Below, piece after piece: positions 9,208 through 18,376 of a stretch of DNA of 64,000 nt. Under the pieces are notes generated by a model. That model did not search any database. It was not told the DNA's origin and saw nothing but the letters and a program-made list of their open reading frames with translations. The translations under genes and the position numbers were made by a program. Numbering within the stretch: position 1 is the stretch's first letter; every line of letters begins with the position of its first letter. This DNA comes from Anaerorhabdus sp. (GTDB taxonomy: Bacteria > Bacillota_I > Bacilli_A > Erysipelotrichales > Erysipelotrichaceae), in NCBI RefSeq assembly GCF_036637135.1, contig NZ_JAVWNC010000003.1, forward strand, positions 1,024 to 65,023, read 5' to 3'.

Positions 9208-9247
9208 GATTTATTGTAAGGATGCCTCTAAAAGAGGAGGATCTATT

Positions 9248-11917
9248 ATGGTAAAGAGAATAGTAAGTTTTTTCATGCAACAATCAATTGTTGTTGAAGA
9301 AAAAATGAAAAAAATGATTCAATTATCTGTAAATGAAGTATTAAGAGAAGTTGGTAACAATCTTAATGGTTATACAGAAAATGAAGTTAAGAAACAACGT
9401 GAACATTTTGGAGAAAATGTTTTAATACAAAAGAAAAAAGAATCCATGATTAAATTAGTTTTTGATACAATCAAAAATCCTTTTTCACTTGTATTATTAA
9501 CTCTTGCGGTTATTTCTTTAATAACACAAGATTATGCAGCAGTAACAATTATTGTCTTGATGGTTAGCTTAAGCAGTATTTTAGGAATTACTCAAGAGTT
9601 AAAAAGTTCAAAAGCAGTTGAACAACTCACTGAAATGGTAGAAACAACTGTTGATGTACAAAGAAAATTAGATAACGAAATTTCTAAGCGAATTGAAATT
9701 CCAATGGATGAATTAGTTGTAGGTGATATTCTCTATTTATCTGCAGGTGATATTATTCCTGCAGATGTAAGACTAATTCAAACAAAAGATTTCTTTGTTA
9801 CCCAATCATCACTTACTGGTGAAAGTGAACCATTAGAAAAATTTAGTGAAGCTATCCTTGATGATACAACACCAATTCTTCAATCAAATAATCTTGTGTT
9901 TATGGGATGTAATGTCGTATCTGGTTCAGCTACAGGAGTTGTGCTTGCTGTAGGTAATGAAACAATGTTTGGTCATATCGCAAAATCTTTACAAGAAAAG
10001 GACACAGTAACAAACTTTGAAAAAGGAATTAACTCTGTATCCATGGTTTTTGTACGATTCATGTTGATCATGGCACCAATTGTTTTTTTGATGAATGGGT
10101 TTACAAAAGGAAATTGGTTAGAAGCTTTCTTATTCGCAATTTCAATTGCAGTAGGATTAACACCAGAGATGTTACCCATGATTGTGTCTGTTAACCTTGC
10201 AAAAGGTGCGATGGAAATGTCAAAGAAAAAAGTAATTGTTAAGAAATTAAATGCCATTCAAAATTTTGGTGCAATGGATGTATTGTGTACAGATAAAACA
10301 GGTACAATTACACAGGATAAAGTTACACTTAAATATTATTTAAATATCCATGGTGATGAAGATGATCGTATTTTAAGACATGGATTTCTTAATAGTTATT
10401 ATCAAACAGGATTGAGAAACTTGATGGACAATGCAATCATTGCGCATGTGGATGCACTCGAGAAGAAAGATTTATTTGATAACTATCGTAAGATAGATGA
10501 AATTCCATTTGACTTTAATCGACGTCGTATGAGTGTTGTGGTTGAGAATATAAATACAGAAAATTATCAACTAATAACAAAAGGGGCTATTGAAGAAATG
10601 TTGTCTATTTGTAGCTATGCAGAATATCATGACACAATTGAACCTTTGGACAATACGCTTCGAACTGAAATACTTGATCGTTGTTATCAATATAATGAAA
10701 AAGGATTTAGAGTCTTGGGTATAGCTCATAAGAAATTAGATTTATCATCCACAACAATCTCGGTAGAGGATGAGAAAGAGATGGTTCTATTGGGATTTCT
10801 TGCCTTCTTTGACCCTCCAAAAGGTAGTACAAGAGAAGCGCTTTCTGTTTTAAAAGAATATGGTGTAAGTGTAAAAGTTTTAACGGGCGATAATGACGCA
10901 GTAACAAAATACATTTGCAGCGAAGTAGGATTGAATGTTAAAAACTTCATGCTAGGCGAAGTTGTTGAATCAATGAATGATGAGGAATTAAGTAGAGCCG
11001 TAGAAGTAGTCGATGTATTTGCTAAACTATCTCCATCACAAAAAACAAGAATTGTTAAAATGCTTCATCACAATGGTCATACAGTTGGTTTTATGGGTGA
11101 TGGAATCAATGATGCATCAGCGATGAAAGCAGCAGATGTGGGTATCTCTGTTGATTCTGCTGTAGATATTGCAAAAGAGAGTGCATCAATTATTCTACTA
11201 GAGAAAGATTTAATGGTATTGGAACAAGGATTAGTAGAAGGTCGTAAGACATTCACAAATATATTGAAGTATATTAAGATTACTGCTAGTTCTAATTTTG
11301 GAAATATGTTTTCAGTGTTGGCAGCTAGTATTTTGTTACCATTTCTACCTATGATGCCTTTACAAATTTTAATCTTAAATTTGATATATGATATTTCGTG
11401 TACTGCAATACCTTGGGATAATGTAGATGAAGATTATCTAAAAGAACCTAGACAATGGGATGCAAATAGTATATCTAGATTTATGGTTTATTTTGGACCG
11501 ACAAGTTCAATCTTTGATCTTTTAACTTATTTGATTTTATTCTTTGGAGTATGTCCGTTTGTTTTTGGAGGGAATTTCAATTCACTAACTCCGGAAATGA
11601 AAGTATTGTTTATTAGTTTGTTTCAAACGGGCTGGTTCATCGAAAGTTTATGGACACAAACTTTTATCATTCATATGCTAAGAACTCAAAAAATACCTTT
11701 TATTCAAAGCGTAGCTTCGTGGAAATTAATCTTGGGTACTACATTTGGAATAATTGTTGGAACACTTATTCCGTTTACAATGATAGGTACAACGTTGGAT
11801 ATGATGAGTTTACCTGGGTTCTATTTCATCATTCTTGTTGGTATTATCATTTTATATAATCTTCTCACATCATTTGTAAAAATAATATATATCAAAAAAT
11901 TTAGCAGGTTATTATAA
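9248..11917 (+). CDS. mgtA: Magnesium-translocating P-type ATPase MgtA/MgtB family
   Basis: Contains DKTGTITQD, TGESEP and MGDGINDASAMKAADVGISV, with the MgtA-like C-terminal TM region. An M-box lies upstream. Confidence 0.9.
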   Translation: MVKRIVSFFMQQSIVVEEKMKKMIQLSVNEVLREVGNNLNGYTENEVKKQREHFGENVLIQKKKESMIKLVFDTIKNPFSLVLLTLAVISLITQDYAAVTIIVLMVSLSSILGITQELKSSKAVEQLTEMVETTVDVQRKLDNEISKRIEIPMDELVVGDILYLSAGDIIPADVRLIQTKDFFVTQSSLTGESEPLEKFSEAILDDTTPILQSNNLVFMGCNVVSGSATGVVLAVGNETMFGHIAKSLQEKDTVTNFEKGINSVSMVFVRFMLIMAPIVFLMNGFTKGNWLEAFLFAISIAVGLTPEMLPMIVSVNLAKGAMEMSKKKVIVKKLNAIQNFGAMDVLCTDKTGTITQDKVTLKYYLNIHGDEDDRILRHGFLNSYYQTGLRNLMDNAIIAHVDALEKKDLFDNYRKIDEIPFDFNRRRMSVVVENINTENYQLITKGAIEEMLSICSYAEYHDTIEPLDNTLRTEILDRCYQYNEKGFRVLGIAHKKLDLSSTTISVEDEKEMVLLGFLAFFDPPKGSTREALSVLKEYGVSVKVLTGDNDAVTKYICSEVGLNVKNFMLGEVVESMNDEELSRAVEVVDVFAKLSPSQKTRIVKMLHHNGHTVGFMGDGINDASAMKAADVGISVDSAVDIAKESASIILLEKDLMVLEQGLVEGRKTFTNILKYIKITASSNFGNMFSVLAASILLPFLPMMPLQILILNLIYDISCTAIPWDNVDEDYLKEPRQWDANSISRFMVYFGPTSSIFDLLTYLILFFGVCPFVFGGNFNSLTPEMKVLFISLFQTGWFIESLWTQTFIIHMLRTQKIPFIQSVASWKLILGTTFGIIVGTLIPFTMIGTTLDMMSLPGFYFIILVGIIILYNLLTSFVKIIYIKKFSRLL

Positions 11918-11950
11918 AACAAGCAGGTCATTGACCTACTTGTTTATTTT
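11918..11950. terminator. Bidirectional terminator between mgtA and the convergent histidine kinase gene
   Basis: Stem AACAAGCAGGTCA/TGACCTACTTGTT (one mismatch), flanked by an A run on one side and a T run on the other. Confidence 0.7.
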
Positions 11951-13222
11951 TATTACAAATTTTGTACCATGATTGAGATAATCGAAGACCTCAATTGTAC
12001 CGTTGTGAAAATCAACACCATGTTTTACGATGGCTAATCCAAGACCAGTTCCTTCGATTTGTTTACTATGTGATTTATCGCTGCGGTAAAATCGCTCGAA
12101 TACACGTTCTTTATCCTTGTCATGGATTCCTATGCCATCATCTTTTACAATGATTTCAATGTAAGAAGTACGATCCCTAAGACTAACCCAAACATGTCCA
12201 TTTTCATAATTATACTTAATTGCATTTTGAATGAGGTTATACATGATTTCGTAGATAATTTGTCTTACTGCTAAACCTTTTACTGGAAGTGTTTCATCAA
12301 TTAATGCAACATTTGCATTTCCAGCATAGTTTTCAAGATTACGTAATACATTTTGAATCACTTCTTGATAATCAATAGTTTCATAATCAAGCTGTACATT
12401 ACCTTCATCTAGTTTAGATAATTTAATGATATCCTCAATTATACGTAATAATTGTTTAGATTCATCCACAATCTTTCTAGAGAATTCTTGAGTGTTATCA
12501 CCTTGTAAGTTATTTGCCATGATTTCAGCGTATCCAGAAATACTAGTTAAGGGTGTTTTTAATTCATGAGATACATTGGCACTAAATTCTTTACGTATTT
12601 TATTGTGGTAGCTCATATTTTCTAAAAGTGGTTGAAGTTCAGGATATGTTTTGTTTGAAAGGGGTATATCCAAATTCAAATGATTAATAGGGTCAACTAT
12701 TTTTTGTGTTAATATACGCGCAATAATTAAACTTATTACAATTACTGATGCGAAGATCAATAGTATGGGCATGAATGAGGAACCCAATGTACTAATAAGC
12801 GTATTCGATGTGGTACTCAAACGAAGTATATTTCCATTATCTAATTTCAATGCATAATAATAAGTTGATTCATTCAATGTATCGGAATAACGTGTTGATG
12901 CCGCTTGTCCTTTTTTAACGGCTTCAATAAACTCAGGGCGCGTTGAATGATTACTCAAACTATTTAAATTGTATCTAGAATCAAGTAAAACTTTACCATC
13001 TGCCTGAATGAGGGTGATTCTTGATTCGGAATAAAATTTAGTTTGCAAGAAGTCATCTGGATTTTTGTTATAGAGTTGCGCTAATGAATTTGTTTCATTA
13101 ATTAGAGTTTGTTTTGTTGTTTTTTCTAAATCAGTATAGATTATGAAAGTACACAAAAAATAAGAAATCGCAACAAGTACGATTGAAGTTAATGCGATAC
13201 TTTGAAAAATCTTTTTTTTCAT
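11936..13222 (-). CDS. phoR: Sensor histidine kinase, PhoR-like
   Basis: Two TM segments flank an extracytoplasmic domain. H-box SHELKTPLTSISGY, N box NAIKYN, G boxes DDGIGI and GTGLGLAIV. Overlaps the upstream response regulator gene and lies near the pst operon and Pho-box-like repeats. Confidence 0.6.
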   Translation of the reverse strand: MKKKIFQSIALTSIVLVAISYFLCTFIIYTDLEKTTKQTLINETNSLAQLYNKNPDDFLQTKFYSESRITLIQADGKVLLDSRYNLNSLSNHSTRPEFIEAVKKGQAASTRYSDTLNESTYYYALKLDNGNILRLSTTSNTLISTLGSSFMPILLIFASVIVISLIIARILTQKIVDPINHLNLDIPLSNKTYPELQPLLENMSYHNKIRKEFSANVSHELKTPLTSISGYAEIMANNLQGDNTQEFSRKIVDESKQLLRIIEDIIKLSKLDEGNVQLDYETIDYQEVIQNVLRNLENYAGNANVALIDETLPVKGLAVRQIIYEIMYNLIQNAIKYNYENGHVWVSLRDRTSYIEIIVKDDGIGIHDKDKERVFERFYRSDKSHSKQIEGTGLGLAIVKHGVDFHNGTIEVFDYLNHGTKFVIKINK

Positions 13223-13893
13223 TCTTTATCCACCATCTTATAACCAACACCACGAATTGTTTCGATGTAATCACTGGCATGTTCGAGTTTAGAACGTAAT
13301 GTACGAATATGAACATCAACAGTTCGTGTTTCACCATAATAATCATAACCCCAAATTTGTTCAAGTAATTGATCACGTGTTAAAACAATACCTTGATTTT
13401 CCATCAAAAGTTTTAATAATTCAAATTCTTTTAAAGTTAAAATGATTCGTTTATCTTGTAACAAGACAAAATGACGTTGTGTATCGATTGTTAAATCCTT
13501 AAAGGAAATTGTTTTTGAAGGAGTTGGTTTATCAGTTCTACGAAGAACTGCTTTCACTCTTGCGACAAGTTCCATGATACCAAACGGTTTTGTGATATAA
13601 TCATCGGCACCAAGATCAAGGCCTTGTACCTTATCATATTCACTATTTTTTGCCGTCAACAAAATAACGGGTATATTCTTCGTAGTAATTGAAGTTTTCA
13701 ATTGTTTTAAAATTGATAATCCACTTTCCCCAGGAAGCATAATATCTAATAGTATTAATTCTGGTTTTTCATCAGCAATAGCTGGATAAAATGATTTCGC
13801 ATCACTAAAACCTCTGGCTTGAAAACCAGTGTTATTGAGAGTATAGACAATCAGTTCTTGAATATTTTGTTCATCTTCTACGCAGTATATCAT
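13219..13893 (-). CDS. phoP: OmpR/PhoB-family response regulator, PhoP-like
   Basis: Start moved to the ATG at 13893 (MIYCVEDEQNI...), which has RBS GGTAGGTGA. Receiver residues DE...LLDIMLP...K are present, with a winged-helix C-terminus (RTVDVHIRTLRSKL, GVGYK). Confidence 0.65.
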   Translation of the reverse strand: MIYCVEDEQNIQELIVYTLNNTGFQARGFSDAKSFYPAIADEKPELILLDIMLPGESGLSILKQLKTSITTKNIPVILLTAKNSEYDKVQGLDLGADDYITKPFGIMELVARVKAVLRRTDKPTPSKTISFKDLTIDTQRHFVLLQDKRIILTLKEFELLKLLMENQGIVLTRDQLLEQIWGYDYYGETRTVDVHIRTLRSKLEHASDYIETIRGVGYKMVDKE

Positions 13894-13953
13894 ATCATCA
13901 CCTACCCATAGTTTACGTGTTTTATGCGCTAACTTCAATCACTCATCCTTTAT

Positions 13954-13970
13954 TTAACACAAAATTAACA
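13954..13970 (+). promoter_or_regulatory. Pair of TTAACA direct repeats (11-bp periodicity) in the phoP-like/zinc-ribbon intergenic region
   Basis: TTAACA at 13954 and at 13965 are the same hexamer as box 2 upstream of pstS. They lie 61-77 nt upstream of the response-regulator start. Confidence 0.35.
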
Positions 13971-14038
13971 ATTTATCATCTTTGTATAAATATGTTATTT
14001 TCTAAGAAAGATGATATAATTGGAATCGGTGATAAAAA

Positions 14039-14443
14039 ATGAATAAAATTAAATATGCTTTACTTCGATTTATGCAAGGACGATATGGAGTAGATAGTCT
14101 TAACAATTTCATTTTGTATACTTCTATTGGGATATACATAATTGATATCTTCTTTGTTAAGGATTTCTATTTGTCTATTGTTTCTCAATTGATGGTAATT
14201 GTGGTTATTTTTCGTATGTTTTCTAAGAATTGGATGGCAAGGCAAAAGGAAAATGCAACGTTCTTAAAACTTACAAAAGGAATTCGTCGATATTTTGTTT
14301 GTCTTCAAAAACAAATGAAAGATCGTGAACATGCTTATTTCTTGTGTCCAAACTGTAAACAAATTGTACGTGTACCTAGAGGCAAAGGTAAAATTGAATT
14401 GATATGCCCAACATGCAAAACTAAATTTGAAAGAAAGTCATAA
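14039..14443 (+). CDS. Membrane-anchored zinc-ribbon protein (function unknown)
   Basis: Two N-terminal hydrophobic segments. C-terminal CPNC-x17-CPTC zinc ribbon. An extended -10 TGATATAAT lies upstream. Confidence 0.6.
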   Translation: MNKIKYALLRFMQGRYGVDSLNNFILYTSIGIYIIDIFFVKDFYLSIVSQLMVIVVIFRMFSKNWMARQKENATFLKLTKGIRRYFVCLQKQMKDREHAYFLCPNCKQIVRVPRGKGKIELICPTCKTKFERKS

Positions 14444-14471
14444 AAAAATGTAGGTAAACTACATTTTTTTT
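14441..14471. terminator. Bidirectional terminator
   Basis: A7-ATGTAG-loop-CTACAT-T8, shared by the convergent zinc-ribbon and serA genes. Confidence 0.75.
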
Positions 14472-15628
14472 AATGCTCGAACTTTTGAAATACCCTCTAT
14501 TGAATTCAATTCTTGTATTAAAGTTTCGTTTATTTCGTTTTCTAAGTCAATTAATGTATATGCAAATTGACCTTTTGAATTGTTCATCAAGTTGGATATA
14601 TTCAGACTGTATTTTGCAAGTGTTTGAGTGATTTGGCCAATCATGTTGGGAATGTTTTTATGCAAAATCGCAAGACGGCTTGTTACAGAACAAATTCCCA
14701 TATCACAGCTTGGATAGTTTACTGAATTTTTAATATTTCCGTTTTCGATATAGTCCATCATTTCTAAAACAGCCATATGAGCACAATTATCTTCTGATTC
14801 TTCGGTTGAAGCACCAAGGTGAGGAATCACAATAGTATTTTTCATTTTCATGATTGTCGGATTTGGAAAGTCAGTAATGTATTTTCTAACGATACCACTT
14901 TCAATTGCAGCATGTAAATCCTCTTCATTGACTAAGGTATCTCTTGAGAAATTAAGCAATACTGTTCCTACTTTCATTTTACTTATAATTGAAGAGTTAA
15001 TCATACCCTTCGAATCACTTGTTAGTGGTAAATGTAGCGTAATGAAATCTGATTTTTCTAATAGAGCATTAATATCAGTTGCATGTTCAACTTTGGATGA
15101 TAAACTCCATGCCGCATGAATTGATATGAAGGGATCATAACCGATTACTTTCATGCCTAATGAGATAGCTACATTCGCAACTTTTGCACCAATTGCTCCA
15201 AGACCAATAACTCCTAACGTTTTTCCTTGAATTTCAGTACCAGCGAAATTCTTTTTTTCTTTCTCTGTAGTTTTTGTAATGTTTGCATCTTGTGCGTTAT
15301 TTCGGCACCATTCAATACCACCGACTAAATCACGGCATGCTAATAACATACTGGCGATAACTAATTCCTTTACACCGTTGGCATTTGCACCAGGTGTATT
15401 GAAAACTACAATACCTTGTTCACTACAAACATCAAGAGGAATATTGTTGACTCCAGCACCTGCTCTTGCAATACAATTAAGTTCTTTTGAAAATGTTAAA
15501 TCCAACATAGGAGCACTACGCACAAGTATACCTTGAGCTTCATCAACAGTATCAGTAATTACATAAGAATCTGTTAGCTCATCTAGTCCTTTTGGTGAAA
15601 TTGGATTAAGGCAATGGATTTTAATCAT
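14459..15628 (-). CDS. serA: D-3-phosphoglycerate dehydrogenase SerA (with C-terminal ACT-like domain)
   Basis: NAD-binding GVIGLGAIGAKVA and catalytic HLGASTEE. Start set at ATG 15628 (MIKIHCLNPISPKGL), which overlaps the serC stop. Confidence 0.85.
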   Translation of the reverse strand: MIKIHCLNPISPKGLDELTDSYVITDTVDEAQGILVRSAPMLDLTFSKELNCIARAGAGVNNIPLDVCSEQGIVVFNTPGANANGVKELVIASMLLACRDLVGGIEWCRNNAQDANITKTTEKEKKNFAGTEIQGKTLGVIGLGAIGAKVANVAISLGMKVIGYDPFISIHAAWSLSSKVEHATDINALLEKSDFITLHLPLTSDSKGMINSSIISKMKVGTVLLNFSRDTLVNEEDLHAAIESGIVRKYITDFPNPTIMKMKNTIVIPHLGASTEESEDNCAHMAVLEMMDYIENGNIKNSVNYPSCDMGICSVTSRLAILHKNIPNMIGQITQTLAKYSLNISNLMNNSKGQFAYTLIDLENEINETLIQELNSIEGISKVRALKKM

Positions 15629-16715
15629 ACGGATGACCTTTTCTTTCTTCAAAGTCTTTCATCAAGTTTATAAGCGCTTGTATACCATCAATAGGCATAG
15701 CGTTATAAATGCTTGCACGCATACCACCTACAGAACGATGACCTTTAATATTCTCGATACCAACTGCTTTAGCTTCTTTGATAAACTGTGTATCAAGTTC
15801 ATCATTTCCTGTTATAAATGGAACATTCATGATTGAACGATAGTTTACATCTACAGGACATTTAAATAGCGTACTTTCCTCAATAGCGTCGTAGAGTAAC
15901 TTAGCTTTATCTCTATTTCTTTGCTGAAGTACTTCAAGACCACCTTGTTTTTTTATCCATTTGAATACTTTGCCACACATATAAATTGTAAAGGTAGGTG
16001 GGGTATTGTACATAGAATCATGATCAGCATAAGTTTTATACTTCAATAGAGTAGGAGTAGGATTAAATGTTGTTTCTTGAATCAAATCTTTTCTAATGAT
16101 TACGACACATACACCTGAAGGTCCTATATTTTTTTGAGCACCCGCAAAGAGTAATCCATATTTTGATACATCAATTGGTTCTGATAAGAAACAAGATGAT
16201 ACATCTGCAACTAGTGGTATACCATTTGTATTAGGTAAGTCTTTGAATTTTGTACCATAAATTGTGTTATTTTCACAAAGGTATACATAATCAGCATCGG
16301 GACGAATCTCTAGATTTTCGACGTTAGGAATTGTCGTGAAGTTAGAATCTTTCGATGAAGCGATTATTTTTGCATCTAGAAATAACTGTGCTTCTTCATA
16401 TGCTTTCTTTGAAAATTGTCCAGTAATCAAATAATCTGCTTTACCGTTTTTAATCAAATTCATAGGTACCATTGAAAATTGCAAAGATGCACCACCTTGA
16501 ATAAATAGAATTTCATAATTATCAGGTATATTTGCAATGTCTCTCAAGTCTTGTTTTGCTTCATTTAGTATAGTTTCGAATACCTTTGAGCGATGTGACA
16601 TTTCCATAACAGACATGCCTGAATCTGAGTAGTTCTGTAACTCGATTTGTGCTTCTTTTAACACTTCTTTTGGTAGAACAGCAGGACCTGCAGAAAAATT
16701 ATAAATTGTTTTCAT
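15621..16715 (-). CDS. serC: Phosphoserine aminotransferase SerC
   Basis: N-terminus IYNFSAGPAVLPKEVL, PLP-lysine region GAQKNIGPSG, C-terminal GGMRASIYNAMP. Confidence 0.92.
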   Translation of the reverse strand: MKTIYNFSAGPAVLPKEVLKEAQIELQNYSDSGMSVMEMSHRSKVFETILNEAKQDLRDIANIPDNYEILFIQGGASLQFSMVPMNLIKNGKADYLITGQFSKKAYEEAQLFLDAKIIASSKDSNFTTIPNVENLEIRPDADYVYLCENNTIYGTKFKDLPNTNGIPLVADVSSCFLSEPIDVSKYGLLFAGAQKNIGPSGVCVVIIRKDLIQETTFNPTPTLLKYKTYADHDSMYNTPPTFTIYMCGKVFKWIKKQGGLEVLQQRNRDKAKLLYDAIEESTLFKCPVDVNYRSIMNVPFITGNDELDTQFIKEAKAVGIENIKGHRSVGGMRASIYNAMPIDGIQALINLMKDFEERKGHPYD

Positions 16716-16910
16716 GATAACCCTCCATTTTCACCTATTATACAATTAATAGGAAGAAGGACAAGTACTTCTTCTTTTTAGTAGCTTATCGATGATGATT
16801 TAATTAAGGTAAGAATTACTTAATATTTCATTATTTTAATATTTTTATCATTTTTTGCACGAAATGTTTAATTGTAATCGTTTTAGTAGTGAGAGAAGGA
16901 GGAAATGATT

Positions 16911-17171
16911 ATGAAAAAATTACTCTCAGTAGTAGCGATTATAGGTATGTTAGCACTTGGTACCTCAAATGTTTTTGCAGCACAAGATACAGTAGATTGT
17001 CCAAGAAATGGAGAAGACTGTCCAAGAAGTAGTGAAGAATGTTTGAACAACAGCGAAGATTGTCCAATGTTATACCAAGGTCGTCGTTATTCGAATCAAT
17101 CTAAGAGTTCAAAAAACACAGGAAGTGTAAAAAATGTTAGAATGGGACAAGGAAGAAACTGTCATAACTAA
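16911..17171 (+). CDS. Secreted Cys-heptad-repeat mini-protein (86 aa precursor)
   Basis: ATG 16911 lies 8 nt after AAGGAGG. Signal peptide ends NVFA/AQ. Four 7-residue repeats follow: DCPRNGE, DCPRSSE, ECLNNSE, DCPMLYQ (21-nt DNA periodicity from 16995). Basic tail ends GQGRNCHN. Lies 12 nt upstream of the ECF sigma gene. Confidence 0.6.
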   Translation: MKKLLSVVAIIGMLALGTSNVFAAQDTVDCPRNGEDCPRSSEECLNNSEDCPMLYQGRRYSNQSKSSKNTGSVKNVRMGQGRNCHN

Positions 17172-17183
17172 AAGTAGGTAAAT

Positions 17184-17684
17184 ATGTTAAATGAAGAACA
17201 ACTTGAAAAAGCGATCGATTTGTACGCAAACGATGTAAGAAGAATTTGCTTTATATATAGTAAGTCAGAGGCAGATGTCGATGATATTTTTCAAGATGTC
17301 TTCATAAAGTATTACAAACTTAATCAACCTTTCCTTGATCCGCAACATGAAAAGGCGTGGATACTTCGAGTTACAATTAATTCATGCAAAGATTTCATTA
17401 AAAGTTGGTTTCGGAAGAATGTTGAACTAACGGATGATTTCAGTCAGTTTTCAATCAATCCCGATAAAGATGACGGGGAACTTATCCTTGAGGTAAGGAA
17501 ACTCAAGAAAGACTATGCCACTGTTATTTATTTGTATTATTATGAAGAATACAGTTTAAAAGAAATTGCATCCATATGTGAATGTAGTATTAATACAATA
17601 TCATCAAGACTTCAGCGTGCAAGAGCGGAGTTGAAAAAAAGACTAGGAGGTGATGTGTTAAATGAAGAGAATGAAACAACTTGA
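17184..17684 (+). CDS. ECF-type RNA polymerase sigma-70 family factor
   Basis: Region 2 (DIFQDVFIKYYK...AWILRVTINSCKDF) and region 4 (YEEYSLKEIASICECSINTISSRLQRARAELKK). Confidence 0.85.
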   Translation: MLNEEQLEKAIDLYANDVRRICFIYSKSEADVDDIFQDVFIKYYKLNQPFLDPQHEKAWILRVTINSCKDFIKSWFRKNVELTDDFSQFSINPDKDDGELILEVRKLKKDYATVIYLYYYEEYSLKEIASICECSINTISSRLQRARAELKKRLGGDVLNEENETT

Positions 17685-18357
17685 TCAAATTCAAGTCAGT
17701 GATATGAAGAAAGAAGAAATCTTTCGAAAAGTTATAAAACCTAAACACTCAAACAATGTACGATATGGATTTGCTTTTGCGATGATTCTTGTTTTGGTTG
17801 TGACATCATTATCTTTCTTTAGTCAATCACCATCTTCTATTGTAGTGAGTTCAATCGCAATGGAAGTTAATCCTAGTATTGTTTTGAACTTAGATAAGAA
17901 TAATCGTGTTGTTGAAGTTGTGGATGTTAATGGCGATGCCACTAATTTGCTTAGTGAAATACATGTGATTGGTTTAGATATTCAAGAAGCAATGGATATG
18001 ATTATTGATTCACCAGTGTATCAAGCTAACTATATCAATAACTATTTAGAAGTGAGTGTCTATTCAGAAAATTTAGCTATATCAAATTCATTAGATCAAC
18101 TAGTAAATGGAGTACTTCAAAAGAATTTTAATGGTAAAAACTGTCATAGCCAACAAGTGGATAAAGAGACTTGGGAAAACGCAAGGAAAAGAAACATGGG
18201 TGTTGGAAAATACCAAGCGATAACTAATATTATTGAAACAACTGATGAATACACATTTGATGAGTTAGAACATTGTTCTATGAATGAGTTAAATGAGATA
18301 CAAGGACATTGTCAAAAAGGAAACGGCAATGGATATAGAAAAGGGTGCAACGATTAA
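17662..18357 (+). CDS. Putative single-pass anti-sigma factor with extracytoplasmic domain and Cys/His/Gly-rich tail
   Basis: Overlaps the sigma gene by 23 nt. Short cytoplasmic N-terminus, one TM (FAFAMILVLVVTSLSFF), an extracytoplasmic domain, and a C-terminus ending GHCQKGNGNGYRKGCND. Confidence 0.6.
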   Translation: MKRMKQLDQIQVSDMKKEEIFRKVIKPKHSNNVRYGFAFAMILVLVVTSLSFFSQSPSSIVVSSIAMEVNPSIVLNLDKNNRVVEVVDVNGDATNLLSEIHVIGLDIQEAMDMIIDSPVYQANYINNYLEVSVYSENLAISNSLDQLVNGVLQKNFNGKNCHSQQVDKETWENARKRNMGVGKYQAITNIIETTDEYTFDELEHCSMNELNEIQGHCQKGNGNGYRKGCND

Positions 18358-18376
18358 GTTGCATCCTTTATTTTTA
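18343..18376. terminator. Bidirectional terminator (anti-sigma / asnA)
   Basis: 9-bp stem GGGTGCAAC/GTTGCATCC (one G-U pair) followed by TTTATTTTT. Confidence 0.65.

Noticed and set aside
13131-13376. 81-aa minus-strand ORF spanning the kinase/regulator junction
   Set aside because: It is out of frame within two well-supported overlapping genes and has no RBS.
16753-16774. Inverted repeat GAAGAAG-N8-CTTCTTC followed by T5 in the serC/mini-protein intergenic region
   Set aside because: As a terminator it faces the plus direction, where no upstream plus-strand gene exists. It overlaps the putative serC -35 (TTGTCC) and so might be an operator, but I have no supporting evidence.
16855-16882. 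Possible ECF-type promoter (TTGCAC ... CGTT) upstream of the mini-protein/sigma operon
   Set aside because: The spacing between the AAC-like element and CGT is 18 nt rather than the usual 16-17, and the -35 lacks the conserved AAC. This is too weak to call without a TSS or comparative data.
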